Origin: an uncultured delta proteobacterium | GTDB taxonomy: Bacteria > Myxococcota > Myxococcia > Myxococcales > Myxococcaceae | Assembly: GCA_963713045.1 (NCBI GenBank) | Contig: CAVQKE010000004.1 | Location: 416,001 to 480,000 of the forward strand | Length of the DNA: 64,000 bases | Reading direction: 5' to 3' | Shown here: piece by piece, positions 18,100 to 27,609 of the stretch | Layout: each line of letters begins with the position of its first letter | Numbering within the stretch: the stretch's first letter is position 1 | Notes under the pieces: generated by a model | What the model was told of the DNA's origin: nothing | Seen by the model: only the letters and a program-made list of their open reading frames with translations | Database searches by the model: none | Made by a program: the position numbers and the translations under genes

Positions 18100-19491
18100 T
18101 CAAATGGGGGTGGGGTAGCCCTGCGGCTTGCCGCCGAAGCGCGTCCGGATGACGGCGCCCAGCGAGACGATGGCCACGATGAACAACAACAGGTGGCCAA
18201 GGTAAGGGATGAGCGAGGCCAACAGCATGACGCCGATGCCGACCGCCAGCACCGCGGCCTGCGTCTTGCGCGTGCCCTTCAGCACCGGCAGCCGGGTCCC
18301 GATTTCGGCCGCAATGGTGGTGGCGCCCATGCCCAGCCCGAGGAGCACCAGCAGCCAAAGCACAATCAAGAAGGGCCAGCCGATGATGACCAGCACCGCC
18401 AGCATGATGCTGAGGGGAAGCAGGGCCACGCCGCCGACCAAGCCGGCGAGGGCGCACTTCACCGGGTCGCGCCTCACCTCGGCTTCAATCTGCTTCATCC
18501 GCGCCGGGACAAACATCAGGAAGATGAAGGACAGCCCGAAGAAGGCTGCGAATTCGAGGAGCAGGCGCGGAATGCTCCAGCCGACACTGGAGTGGCTCGA
18601 GCTTTCCGAGTGCGGGCTGGTGACGTTGCGCCAGGCCTTGGCGCCCTTGGTGATGGCCAGGTTGCTGCCGGGGCTACCGAAGGACATCTGCTCGCCGTGG
18701 ACTTCGGCCCCGTCGTCGACGCGGACCTCGCCGCCAAAGGCCACCACGTCGCCTTGGACTTCGGCCTCCGAGCCGACGTGCACGTTGCCGCCATAGACGG
18801 CCACGTCGCCCGTCACCCGGCCGAGGACGTCGAGGTTGCCTCCGAAGACCACCACGTCACAGGCCTCCTGGCCCTCCTCGACGGTGTAGTTGCCGGTGAC
18901 TGAGACGTCGCAGTCGTTGCTGGGGTGGTGTGGAAGGCCGCGCAGCTTTTCCTTCATCTCCCGCAGTCGGTCGCGCAACTCAGTGCGGCGGTCCTCGGCC
19001 GCCTCCTTTTCATCGTCAGCCTGGCTGTCGGCGTCCGAGTCTTCGTCCTCTTCGTCGGCGGCTTGGGCCTTGGAGGAGACCTCAGGAGCGCTCGGCGGAG
19101 TCGGGGGAAGCGGTGGCAACGGCGGCAGGGCCAGGCCCACCCGCGGCGCCGTCTGCTTCTGCCGTGCCTCGGCCGGGGTGGGCGGCCGCAGCGTGAAGAC
19201 CGAGCCACGGTGCTCGAGCACCAGGCCATAGGCGGCGGCCAGCGTCTCCAGCGCCTCCTCAGCCGGCACGTTCTCGAAGTGGAAGTCCCCGGTTTCCTGC
19301 AGACTGCCCCGCACGACGACGTTCAGCTTCGCGTCATCGGCAATGCGCTTGACGGCCTCGGACACCGGGCCCCGGTAGTTGAGGCTGATGCGAGCTGGTG
19401 CCTCCGCCGCCCTGTTGGCTGGGCCGCACAGGGCGGGAGTGGAGGCCAGAAGCCCGAGGGCGACGGCGAGGGCCGCGGAGGGCCACTTCAT
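18100..19491 (-). CDS. Exported STN-like + beta-helix + multi-TM protein
   Basis: Signal peptide; STN/secretin-N0-like segment; Pro-rich and acidic linker; GDV(V/A)(V/A)(F/Y)GG repeats; about 5 C-terminal hydrophobic helices. Confidence 0.7.
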   Translation of the reverse strand: MKWPSAALAVALGLLASTPALCGPANRAAEAPARISLNYRGPVSEAVKRIADDAKLNVVVRGSLQETGDFHFENVPAEEALETLAAAYGLVLEHRGSVFTLRPPTPAEARQKQTAPRVGLALPPLPPLPPTPPSAPEVSSKAQAADEEDEDSDADSQADDEKEAAEDRRTELRDRLREMKEKLRGLPHHPSNDCDVSVTGNYTVEEGQEACDVVVFGGNLDVLGRVTGDVAVYGGNVHVGSEAEVQGDVVAFGGEVRVDDGAEVHGEQMSFGSPGSNLAITKGAKAWRNVTSPHSESSSHSSVGWSIPRLLLEFAAFFGLSFIFLMFVPARMKQIEAEVRRDPVKCALAGLVGGVALLPLSIMLAVLVIIGWPFLIVLWLLVLLGLGMGATTIAAEIGTRLPVLKGTRKTQAAVLAVGIGVMLLASLIPYLGHLLLFIVAIVSLGAVIRTRFGGKPQGYPTPI

Positions 19492-19994
19492 GGATGAACC
19501 TCAAGCTCCGCAGTTCGCGGTGTGGCCACCCGGCGCAGGCCGACCAGCGCAAGGAAAAGCACGAAGCAGAGCGACACCGTCAGCGGGACGGCGGTGGTCG
19601 ACCAGACCACTTGCAGCGCGTCGTTGACGCTCACCAGCGCAGTCTTCCAGCCGACCACGGCGCGAGCGGCGCTCGCGCCCAGAAGCCCAATCGGCCCCCG
19701 GGTGGCGACGAAGCTGAGCACCGCGGCCATCGAGGCGGCTGCCAAGATGGAGAGGCCCACCCGCAGCTCCACCCGCACCGGGGGCGGCTCGGCCGCCACC
19801 CGCAGCATCACCCGGGCCACCAAGTCCATCGGCGGCGGCGGGTCCGCCAGCCGGAAGAGGTCCTTCTCCAGTTGGCGGTGCTCCTCCAACACTTCGGCGC
19901 AGCGCGGGCAGCTCGCCACGTGCTCGGTGTACTCCCCACTGTCGCCGTCGAATTGTGCCGCGAAGAGGATTTCGAGTTCGGGGCAATCCATCAC
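19488..19994 (-). CDS. Zinc-finger (ZAS) transmembrane anti-sigma factor
   Basis: HVASCPRC (HxxxCxxC), two hydrophobic helices, overlaps the ECF gene by 4 nt. Confidence 0.85.
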   Translation of the reverse strand: MMDCPELEILFAAQFDGDSGEYTEHVASCPRCAEVLEEHRQLEKDLFRLADPPPPMDLVARVMLRVAAEPPPVRVELRVGLSILAAASMAAVLSFVATRGPIGLLGASAARAVVGWKTALVSVNDALQVVWSTTAVPLTVSLCFVLFLALVGLRRVATPRTAELEVHP

Positions 19995-20620
19995 GCCACC
20001 TCCTCGGAGTGAGCCGTCATCCGCCGGCGCAGCTTCTCGCGCGCCCGGAAGAGACGGGCCATAATGGTTCCTGGGGCGACGCCCATCACCACCGCAATCT
20101 CCTTGGTGGTCCGCTTCTGGACATAATAGAGACTCAACACTTCCCGGTCGTCTACCGAAAGGGTGGACAGGGCCGATTCAAGGGAGCGGCGCTGCTCGCC
20201 AGCGATGACGCCCTCCTCCTGGCTGGCCGCACCCGACGGCAGCACCTCGTGCATGTCATCCACGTTGTCGGTGAGCATGCGGCTGCGCCGGCGCAGAAGG
20301 TCCAGACAGAGGTTTCTGGCGATGGCCATCACCCACAAGTCGAACGGCTTGCCGTCGTCGTAGCGGTGCAGGTTTTGGTAGGCGCGCAGGAAGGTTTCCT
20401 GGGCCACTTCCGAAGCCTCGGCCTCGACGCGCAACAGCCGCAAGCACAAGCCGTAGACCGGCCGCTGGACGCTGCGCACCAGCGTCTCGAAGGCCGAGCG
20501 GTCCCCGCGCCGGGCAGCCAGCACCTCAGCACGGTAGGGTAAGGCAGGCGTTCGCTCGGCCAGCATGATGCCCAGTGCAGCCGGGAGGCTTGGAAGCGGC
20601 AGAGCGGAGAGCGAAGTCAC
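19991..20620 (-). CDS. ECF sigma-70 factor (start 20620 GTG or 20671 TTG)
   Basis: GDRSAFETLV..EVAQETFLRAY..WVMAIARNLCLD..EIAVVMGVAPGTIMARLFRAREKL. Confidence 0.9.
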   Translation of the reverse strand: MTSLSALPLPSLPAALGIMLAERTPALPYRAEVLAARRGDRSAFETLVRSVQRPVYGLCLRLLRVEAEASEVAQETFLRAYQNLHRYDDGKPFDLWVMAIARNLCLDLLRRRSRMLTDNVDDMHEVLPSGAASQEEGVIAGEQRRSLESALSTLSVDDREVLSLYYVQKRTTKEIAVVMGVAPGTIMARLFRAREKLRRRMTAHSEEVA

Positions 20621-20674
20621 AACTTCTCTACGCAGCCTGTTGTGCGCCATTGCCCCTTGGCGTGCAGTCAATCC

Positions 20675-20702
20675 TCCACTGCATGGAACGTTAGAAGTTT
20701 CC
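20675..20702 (-). promoter_or_regulatory. Putative ECF-type autoregulatory promoter
   Basis: Minus strand GGAAAC-N17-GTGGA upstream of the ECF gene. Confidence 0.45.
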
Positions 20703-20735
20703 AGCGATTGGCACCTTGCACACCTTATCCTACCC

Positions 20736-22160
20736 CTAGGCTTTCGAGGGTTTAGGAAGGCCCGTGTTGCCGGCGCGGGCCTGGGCGCGGGCCTGCTTCT
20801 TGGCGCGTGCTTGGGCGCGGAAACCCAAGGGCGCCGGCGCTTGGGCGCTGGGTGTCGGCGGCGCTTTCCGCTCTCCCTCGGTGCGGCGGGGCAGGGCGGC
20901 GACGGGGCGCGCCTCGCCCCGAGGCAGGTAGGGGGTGTGCTGGCCTGAACGCCAGGGAATTTCCGCCCCTTTGGGTTCTTCGGCCGGGGCCCCGGGGCGA
21001 TGGAACAGCCGCTTCACCACCAGGGTGGCGTAGCTACCCGGCTGCAGTGTGAAGGCGACGTTCAGTTTGGACAGGCCCCGGTTCAACTCATCCGGGGCCA
21101 CCCGGCCAAGCACCAGCTTCTGCGGCTGCACCAGCACCGGGCGCTCCTCGTGCTTGAAGTACAGAAGGCGCTCGGCTCCGGGAATGCGCAGGGCGTCCAG
21201 CGTCAGCTTCTCCTTGCCCAGCACCCAGCGGACCGCCTCCGCGATGCGCGTTTCCCCAAGGCGCGTGTCGGGCGCGAGCAGGGGGAAGGTGGCGGTGCGG
21301 AGAAAGGCCAACGACTCTGGGTCGGCGTCGACGTGGAAGAGGAGGGTGCCAGCCTGGTAGCGCATCGGAAAAAGGCTGGAGCGGGGCAGGGTGAGTTGCA
21401 GCAGCCGGCGCACCCCCTCGTTCCACAACCAGCTTTGGTAGGTGAAGAGGAGGAGGGCCCGGTAATCCGCATCCACTTGCAGAAAGGCCCGCAGGTAGTC
21501 CTCGGGGCGCTCCCGGAGGCTGCGGAGAATGCGGCTGTAGCGGCGGTTGGCGTCGAAGGGGCAACGGCGGCTCCAGTCGCCCCAATGCTGGCGCCAGAAT
21601 TCCTTCACCTTGGCGTCGTCCGTCCGGTCGAGGGGTGAAGGCTGGGCCAAGTAATTCCTCAGCGCCGCCTCGAAGTCGCCGCGCAGCAAGTCCTTGGCAA
21701 TGTAGCCCTGGCCGTGTTTCAGCGAGCCAAAGCGCTGGCTGTCGAAGTAATTCACCACCCCCAGCCGGTTGACCTCCGCCGCGGCCAGCGGCAGGTGGGC
21801 CAAGTCCTCCTGGGTGAGGGCGCGCACCGTCACCGAAAAACGGTTGGAGGTGGTGTTGCGCGCGCTCAACGGGCGCCCCGTCCGGCCGAGCAGCTTGAGG
21901 CGCAGGTCCGGGTCCTGGACCTCCACTTCCCTGCCGTCGACGGCGATGAGCTGTTCGGTGCGCCCCTGCTTGTCCTTCAGCCCGCAGAAGGAAATGGCGC
22001 CTGGGCGGAGGCCATAGCGGCTGCGGATGCGCTCCAGGGCTTCGAAGGTGGACAGCTTCTGCTTGTCCATGAGGTAGACGCGGTAGCGCCCCTCGGGGTC
22101 CGGGTCGAAGCGGTAGGACTCCCTGACGCTGAAGTCCTCGGGTTTCTGCTTGAGTCTCAC
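20736..22160 (-). CDS. truD: tRNA pseudouridine(13) synthase TruD
   Basis: KQKPEDFSVRE, GLKDKQGRTEQ (catalytic Asp), NRF, NYFDSQRFG, QSWLWN, F.L.PGSYAT. Confidence 0.92.
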   Translation of the reverse strand: MRLKQKPEDFSVRESYRFDPDPEGRYRVYLMDKQKLSTFEALERIRSRYGLRPGAISFCGLKDKQGRTEQLIAVDGREVEVQDPDLRLKLLGRTGRPLSARNTTSNRFSVTVRALTQEDLAHLPLAAAEVNRLGVVNYFDSQRFGSLKHGQGYIAKDLLRGDFEAALRNYLAQPSPLDRTDDAKVKEFWRQHWGDWSRRCPFDANRRYSRILRSLRERPEDYLRAFLQVDADYRALLLFTYQSWLWNEGVRRLLQLTLPRSSLFPMRYQAGTLLFHVDADPESLAFLRTATFPLLAPDTRLGETRIAEAVRWVLGKEKLTLDALRIPGAERLLYFKHEERPVLVQPQKLVLGRVAPDELNRGLSKLNVAFTLQPGSYATLVVKRLFHRPGAPAEEPKGAEIPWRSGQHTPYLPRGEARPVAALPRRTEGERKAPPTPSAQAPAPLGFRAQARAKKQARAQARAGNTGLPKPSKA

Positions 22161-22304
22161 CAGCCGAAGGCCTTTACCACCAAGCTCGCACCTCCGCGTC
22201 CAGCGCGACCCCCTCGCGTTGGCGTGCCGGGGGGCCTCTGGTAACGTCGGGCTTTAGCCCGGGGTGGGACTTCGCGAGGCGCCCCGGCACCACGTCTTAG
22301 AGCG

Positions 22305-24023
22305 ATGCCCACGGCTTGCCCCCGATGTCGAACGCCGCTGGCCCACCCCTGGCCGGCGGCCTGTCCATCCTGCGGTGAGGCCCTCGCCCCGTTGCCCTCC
22401 GTCCGGACCAGCCCCCGGACGGCCTACCTCACCGGCCGCCTTCTCGACGGGAAGGTGAGTGAATTCCCGCTCACCGGGCGCACCACCCTCGGCCGTCATC
22501 CAGCCAACACGCTGAGGCTGGCCGACCGAGAAGTGTCCAAGGAACACGCCTCCATTGAACGTGCCGGGGGCACCTACCTCCTCAAGGACCTCGGGTCCTC
22601 CAACGGCACCTACGTCAATGGCCGACGGGTGCGCGAACACCGCCTCAAGGACGGGGACGAGATTACGCTTGGCAACTCGCGCCTCACCTTCCGCTCCGGC
22701 GACTTACTCACCAGCACCGGCAGCCCGGGCGTGACGGTGCTCGCCTCGGCGCAGGCAGCCCCGGCCTTCCTTGCCCAGATTGACCAGCCGGTGGCGGACG
22801 ACGAATTCCGGCCGGGCGAGCAGCTGAACGACGTCAATGCCTTACGGGCGGACTATGAGAAGCTGCGCATCGCCCACGAATTCCACCGGCAGGTGGGACT
22901 GGAGCGCGACCAGAAGAGTCTGTTGGACAAGATTCTTCGCGCCAGCTTCGAGTTGTTGGCAGCCGACCACGGCGTCCTCTTCCTGGTGGACGCCAAGGGC
23001 GAGCTGGTTCCAGAGGCGGTCCGCCACCGCAAGGAGCAAGAGGAGGAAGTCGTCGTCTCGGACACGGTGCTGAAGCGCGTCCTCGAGACGCGCCAAGCGG
23101 TGCTCACCGCGGACGCGGTGCTGGACTCGCGCTTTTCTGGAAGCGAAAGCATCGTCGCCCAAGGCATCCGCAGCGCGATGGCGGTGCCGCTGTTGGCCAA
23201 GGGCGAATTGAAGGGCGTCCTGTTTCTCGACACCCGCGAGCGTACCAACGCCTTCAGCGAGAAGGACTTGAAGATTCTCTCCGGCATCGCCAGCCAGGCG
23301 GCCATCGCCCTCGAGAACGCCGAGTTGGCACGGAAGATTGAAACCGAGGCCGTCACCCGAGCCGAACTGTCGCGCTTTCTGTCGCCGGCGGTGGCCGACA
23401 TGGTGGTCCGCGGCCAGGTGGAGCTGCTGCGGCAGGGCCGTCTGGCCGAGGTCAGCGTGCTGTTTGCCGACATCCGCGGCTTCACCACCATCGCCGAGGG
23501 GGAGAGCCCGCAGGAGACGGTGAGTATGCTGAACGGCTTCTTCACCGCCATGGCCGACGTCGTCTTCCGCCATGAGGGCAACCTCGACAAATTCATCGGC
23601 GACTGTGTGATGGCGGTGTGGGGGCCGCCCTCCCCGCACGGCGATGACCCCTCCCGCGCCCTTCGGGCGGCGCTGGAGATGCAAGCCCAGGTGGAAGCCC
23701 TGAATGAGATGCGCGAGGCCAAGGGCCAACGGCCCCTGTTGGTGGGCATCGGCGTCAACAGCGGCCTGGCGGTGGTCGGCTACATGGGCTCGGCCGACCG
23801 GCATGAATTCACCGCCATCGGCGACTGCGTCAACATCGCCTCCCGTCTGTGCGGCATCGCCAAGGGCGGTGAGGTGCTGGCTGCGGACACCACCATGTCC
23901 AAAGCTGGCTCGGAATTCCGCGCTGAGGAACTTCCCGTGCAAAGCGTGAAGGGCAAGCAGAAAACCGTCCAGCCCTTCCGCGTCCTCGGCCTGCGGGCGA
24001 CAACCGCCGGCGCCACCGGCTGA
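22305..24023 (+). CDS. Zn-ribbon-FHA-GAF class III adenylate cyclase
   Basis: CPRC..CPSC; FHA GR..VSKEHA..DLGSSNGTYVNG; GAF; FADIRGFT, DKFIGD, TAIGDCVNIASRL (Lys/Thr specificity pair). Confidence 0.9.
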   Translation: MPTACPRCRTPLAHPWPAACPSCGEALAPLPSVRTSPRTAYLTGRLLDGKVSEFPLTGRTTLGRHPANTLRLADREVSKEHASIERAGGTYLLKDLGSSNGTYVNGRRVREHRLKDGDEITLGNSRLTFRSGDLLTSTGSPGVTVLASAQAAPAFLAQIDQPVADDEFRPGEQLNDVNALRADYEKLRIAHEFHRQVGLERDQKSLLDKILRASFELLAADHGVLFLVDAKGELVPEAVRHRKEQEEEVVVSDTVLKRVLETRQAVLTADAVLDSRFSGSESIVAQGIRSAMAVPLLAKGELKGVLFLDTRERTNAFSEKDLKILSGIASQAAIALENAELARKIETEAVTRAELSRFLSPAVADMVVRGQVELLRQGRLAEVSVLFADIRGFTTIAEGESPQETVSMLNGFFTAMADVVFRHEGNLDKFIGDCVMAVWGPPSPHGDDPSRALRAALEMQAQVEALNEMREAKGQRPLLVGIGVNSGLAVVGYMGSADRHEFTAIGDCVNIASRLCGIAKGGEVLAADTTMSKAGSEFRAEELPVQSVKGKQKTVQPFRVLGLRATTAGATG

Positions 24024-24088
24024 TGCGCCCGCTGGGGGGCGTTTGGGGAGGCACCAAACCGCACGTGCGCTGGGAACGTCAGGCACCG

Positions 24089-24496
24089 ATGGAAGTCGCG
24101 CCGGAGGTGCTCCTCCGGTGCTTCTCCACGAGAATTCAGCAGCTGGCCGAGCGCGCTCGGGCGACGGTGCGCCTCGCGGTGCCCGGGGCAGTCGAGGAGG
24201 TCAAGCCCAACCGCGGCTATTTCGGCTACCGGCTTCAGCACCATTTCGCTTTTGTCCAACCGCTGCAGGACTATGTCCGCCTGGGCTTTGCCTTCGGCGC
24301 CTCCTTGGAAGACCCGGCCGGCCTGCTGCTGGCCGAGCCGTCCCGTCGGCTGCGGTATGTCCGCCTTGACCGCCCGGTGGACGCGCGCCGGGTGGAGCTC
24401 ACCACGCTGCTGCAGCTGGCGGCGGCCACAGCACCGCCCCGCCGCGTGCCGCCGCCCGGTGGGGCCCGGCGCCACCGGCGGGCTGGCGCGCGCTAG
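24089..24496 (+). CDS. DUF1801-like protein
   Basis: VPGAVEEVK..GY..FAFV..VRLGFAFGASLEDPAGLL..RLRYVRL. Confidence 0.65.
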   Translation: MEVAPEVLLRCFSTRIQQLAERARATVRLAVPGAVEEVKPNRGYFGYRLQHHFAFVQPLQDYVRLGFAFGASLEDPAGLLLAEPSRRLRYVRLDRPVDARRVELTTLLQLAAATAPPRRVPPPGGARRHRRAGAR

Positions 24497-24519
24497 CGGC
24501 AGTCGCTTTCAAAACGGCC

Positions 24520-24972
24520 ATGGGCGTCGGGTGCCGGACTGGGTGGGTGGTTCTCCTCGCCGCCGGCTGTGCCCACGCGCCGACGGATGCCAATGCGGCG
24601 GACGCCCTGGCGGTGATGGAGGTCGCCGCGCGCTACGCGTTGGAGCACGACGTCCCACCCGTGTTGCGCGAGCCATCGGCGGTGTGCCTGGAAGTCGACG
24701 GACAGCCGCCACCGCCTCAGCTACTTTCCCGGCTTTCGGGCGGCGGGGTGCAAGTGTCCGTGGGGGCATCCGACTGCTCCGGGCCCCTCGCCATCCTGGT
24801 GCAGCTGCGGGACGTGGTGGTGTCGGGCGAGCGCGCCACGGCGTACGCCGGCGTCCGCCTGGGCAGAAGCGGTCCCTTGTCGCTGCAAAAAGTCAACGGC
24901 GCCTGGCATGTCATCCCGCCGCCCGGGCCGGCCAATGTTGGACCGCGCCTCAGCGTGCCCATCGGCCAGTGA
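24520..24972 (+). CDS. Hypothetical lipoprotein
   Basis: Lipobox LAAGC; GC-biased codon usage. Confidence 0.6.
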   Translation: MGVGCRTGWVVLLAAGCAHAPTDANAADALAVMEVAARYALEHDVPPVLREPSAVCLEVDGQPPPPQLLSRLSGGGVQVSVGASDCSGPLAILVQLRDVVVSGERATAYAGVRLGRSGPLSLQKVNGAWHVIPPPGPANVGPRLSVPIGQ

Positions 24973-25034
24973 AGCAGCCGCTGGCCGGTGCGGAACGCGT
25001 CGACCGTGGAAAAACGGGCTGCTAGGGTGCGGCC

Positions 25035-25841
25035 ATGGGAATGAGAACCGTGGTTCCGGCGGTGCTTCTCAGCCTGGCGGTTTGGCCCTTCGCCGCCCGG
25101 GCGGCCGGTCCAGACGCCGGGCCGCAGGACGTCGAACAGCAGCTGGGCGAGGCAGTCTTCCAGCAGCTGAAGGCCAAGGGCGAAATCATCGCCACCTCCC
25201 CGCTGTACGAAGTGCTGAAGCCCTTCGCGGCCAGCATTACCGCCGCCGCGCAACCCCGCTATGAACATCCGTTTCATTTTTACCTGGTGCACGAGAAGCA
25301 GCCCAACGCCTTCGCCACGCCCGGCGGGAACGTCTACGTGACGGACAGCCTGATGTACTTCGCGAAGAACGCCGAGGAGCTGGCCGGGACGCTGTGTCAC
25401 GAGGTTTCCCACACCATTCACCACGACACCGTGGAATTGATGGAGAAGCGGGAGAAAATCGTCCTGCGGGAGTTGGCGGCGGGCGTCCTGCTCGGGCCGG
25501 GGGTGCTCCACGCCCTGACCATTGCCTTGGTCGGGAAGCTGAACTCCCTCGGCTATTCACGCGAGGTGGAATCCCGCGCGGACATCACCGGCTCCGACAT
25601 CTGCGCCAGTGCCGGCTCCAACCCATGGGGGCTGGTGTGGCTCTTCGAGGACTTCAAGAATGCGAGCCTGGGAACGACGCCGGAGCTGCTGTCTGACCAT
25701 CCCAACGACCAACACCGCGTGCAGGCGCTGAAGCTGCACTTCCAGCAGAACCCGGCCGTCTTCGGGAAATTCAACTCCAACCAAGCGTCGGCCACTCCTC
25801 TGAAGGTGCCCCCACATTCGGACGAAACCTTCATTCAGTGA
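25035..25841 (+). CDS. M48-family metalloprotease (BepA/HtpX-like)
   Basis: PNAFATPGG, ELAGTLCHEVSH, YSREVESRAD, LSDHP; signal peptide. Confidence 0.88.
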   Translation: MGMRTVVPAVLLSLAVWPFAARAAGPDAGPQDVEQQLGEAVFQQLKAKGEIIATSPLYEVLKPFAASITAAAQPRYEHPFHFYLVHEKQPNAFATPGGNVYVTDSLMYFAKNAEELAGTLCHEVSHTIHHDTVELMEKREKIVLRELAAGVLLGPGVLHALTIALVGKLNSLGYSREVESRADITGSDICASAGSNPWGLVWLFEDFKNASLGTTPELLSDHPNDQHRVQALKLHFQQNPAVFGKFNSNQASATPLKVPPHSDETFIQ

Positions 25842-25914
25842 AGGGGCACTGACACCGGGGAGAGCGGTGACTCATGTCACCCGCCGGGGGGGCTGCCCCC
25901 GTTTGGCGGCGGCG

Positions 25915-27609
25915 CTAGTCCGGCCGCTTCGGCAGAAAGCGCCTGAGTCGCAACTTCCCGAAGCGGTTTCCGAAGAGGTACCAGGTGAAGGCGGCACCGA
26001 AGAGTGCTGCAGCAGCCGCCACCCCCAGCACCCCCAACACCGGCAACCCGCGGACCTTCCAGGGCACCTGGGCGAAGGACAGGAAGGCGCCCACGATGAA
26101 GCCACAGGCACACAGCCCGAGAAAGCCAATCACCGCAACGCTGCGGAGGCTGTCGTTGATTTTTTCAAGCTCTGGACTTTTGACCGCCACGCCGAAGCGG
26201 CCCTTCTCGAGGTCCAAAAGAATTTGCGATAGCTGAGTGGGCAGCTCGCTCGCCAGCCCCTGGAAGCGAAGCAGCGTCCGCATCAGGCCGCCCCGCAGCT
26301 GCGCCGGGTCATACCGCTCGGCCAGCAGCTGCTTGGCGTAGGGCAAGGAGACGGCGAGGATGTCGAGGTCCGGCGCCAGCTGCCGCAACAGCCCTTCCAC
26401 CGCGACCGCCGCGCGCGACAGCAACGCATATTCCCGCGGAATGCGGATGCGGTACTTCACCGCAAGGTCCAACAAGTCGGTCAGCAAGTGACGGGCGTCC
26501 ACTTCGGCCAGGGTGCGCGCCGTGGGCAGGTGGGTCTGGAGCAGCGTCTCGACGTCCGCCCGAAAGCCCACCAGGTTGGCCCGAGAGTCCGGAGCCCCCA
26601 TCCGGTACAGCAGCCGGGCGACGGAGTCGGCGTCCTTCAGCGCGACCGCCACGCTGAGCAGCACCAGCGTCTCCTGCATCGCCCGGGTGAGACGGCCGAC
26701 CAGGCCGAAGTCGAGGAGGCCCACCACGTCCCCTGGCAGCAGAAGAAAGTTGCCCGGGTGCGGGTCGGCATGGAAGAGGCCGTCGACGAAGAGTTGCTGG
26801 AAGCTGGCGTCCACCACCACCCGGGCCAGTGCTGAGCGTCGCTCGGGGCTTAAGTCCGCCTGCACCAGTCGGGTGCCCTCGAGGAATTCCAAGGTGAGGA
26901 CGGTGGAGGTGGTGAGCTCGTCCAAGACGCGCGGGATGCGCAGCGCCGGTCGGCCGGCGTGGGTCGCAGCGAAGGACCGAACGTTGGCCGCCTCGTGGAT
27001 GAAGTCCAACTCCTCGTGAATGGCGCGGTCGAATTCCTCCACCAGTCCTACCGGCGAGGAAATGCCCGTCTCCTCGACGGTGGCCTCCAACAGGCGCGCC
27101 AACGCCCGCAGCACCGCCAAGTCCGCATTCACCTGCGCGGTGATGCCCGGACGCTGCACCTTCACCACCACTTCCTCGCCGGCGCGCGTCCTGGCGCGGT
27201 GCACCTGGGCGATGCTGGCCGCAGCCAGCGGGACGGGCTCGACCGAGGCGAAAAGTTCCTCCACCGGCTGCCCGAAGGCCGCCTCCAGCTGGGCGTGCAC
27301 CTGCTCCAGCGCAATGGGCGAAGCCGAGTCCTGAAGCAGCCGCAACTCGGCAATGAATTCCGCTGGAAGGAGGTCCGCCCGGGTGGAGAGGATTTGGCCC
27401 AGCTTCACGAAGGTGGGCCCCAACTCATCCAATAGCCGGCGGAAGCGACGCGCGGTGGACTCCGCCTGGGTGTCCGCCAGCCGCTCCACTTGCCCCGACG
27501 GGCGGCCGAAGCGACGGAAGAAGCCAGCGCGCTCCAGCAAGTCGGCAAAGCCGTAGCGCGCGGCGGTGGTGGCAATTTGGCGCAGCCGGTTGAGGTCGGT
27601 CAGCTTCAC
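25915..27609 (-). CDS. ubiB: UbiB/AarF/ABC1 atypical kinase
   Basis: LGPTFVKLGQ, AAASIAQVH, VKVQRP, ELDF..EA, FHADPHPGN, LDFG; two C-terminal TMs. Confidence 0.88.
   Translation of the reverse strand: MKLTDLNRLRQIATTAARYGFADLLERAGFFRRFGRPSGQVERLADTQAESTARRFRRLLDELGPTFVKLGQILSTRADLLPAEFIAELRLLQDSASPIALEQVHAQLEAAFGQPVEELFASVEPVPLAAASIAQVHRARTRAGEEVVVKVQRPGITAQVNADLAVLRALARLLEATVEETGISSPVGLVEEFDRAIHEELDFIHEAANVRSFAATHAGRPALRIPRVLDELTTSTVLTLEFLEGTRLVQADLSPERRSALARVVVDASFQQLFVDGLFHADPHPGNFLLLPGDVVGLLDFGLVGRLTRAMQETLVLLSVAVALKDADSVARLLYRMGAPDSRANLVGFRADVETLLQTHLPTARTLAEVDARHLLTDLLDLAVKYRIRIPREYALLSRAAVAVEGLLRQLAPDLDILAVSLPYAKQLLAERYDPAQLRGGLMRTLLRFQGLASELPTQLSQILLDLEKGRFGVAVKSPELEKINDSLRSVAVIGFLGLCACGFIVGAFLSFAQVPWKVRGLPVLGVLGVAAAAALFGAAFTWYLFGNRFGKLRLRRFLPKRPD

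Noticed and set aside
20709..20719. TGGCAC-CTTGC as a sigma54 promoter
   Set aside because: The GG-to-GC spacing is too short for -24/-12 geometry, and it points away from the adjacent ECF gene.
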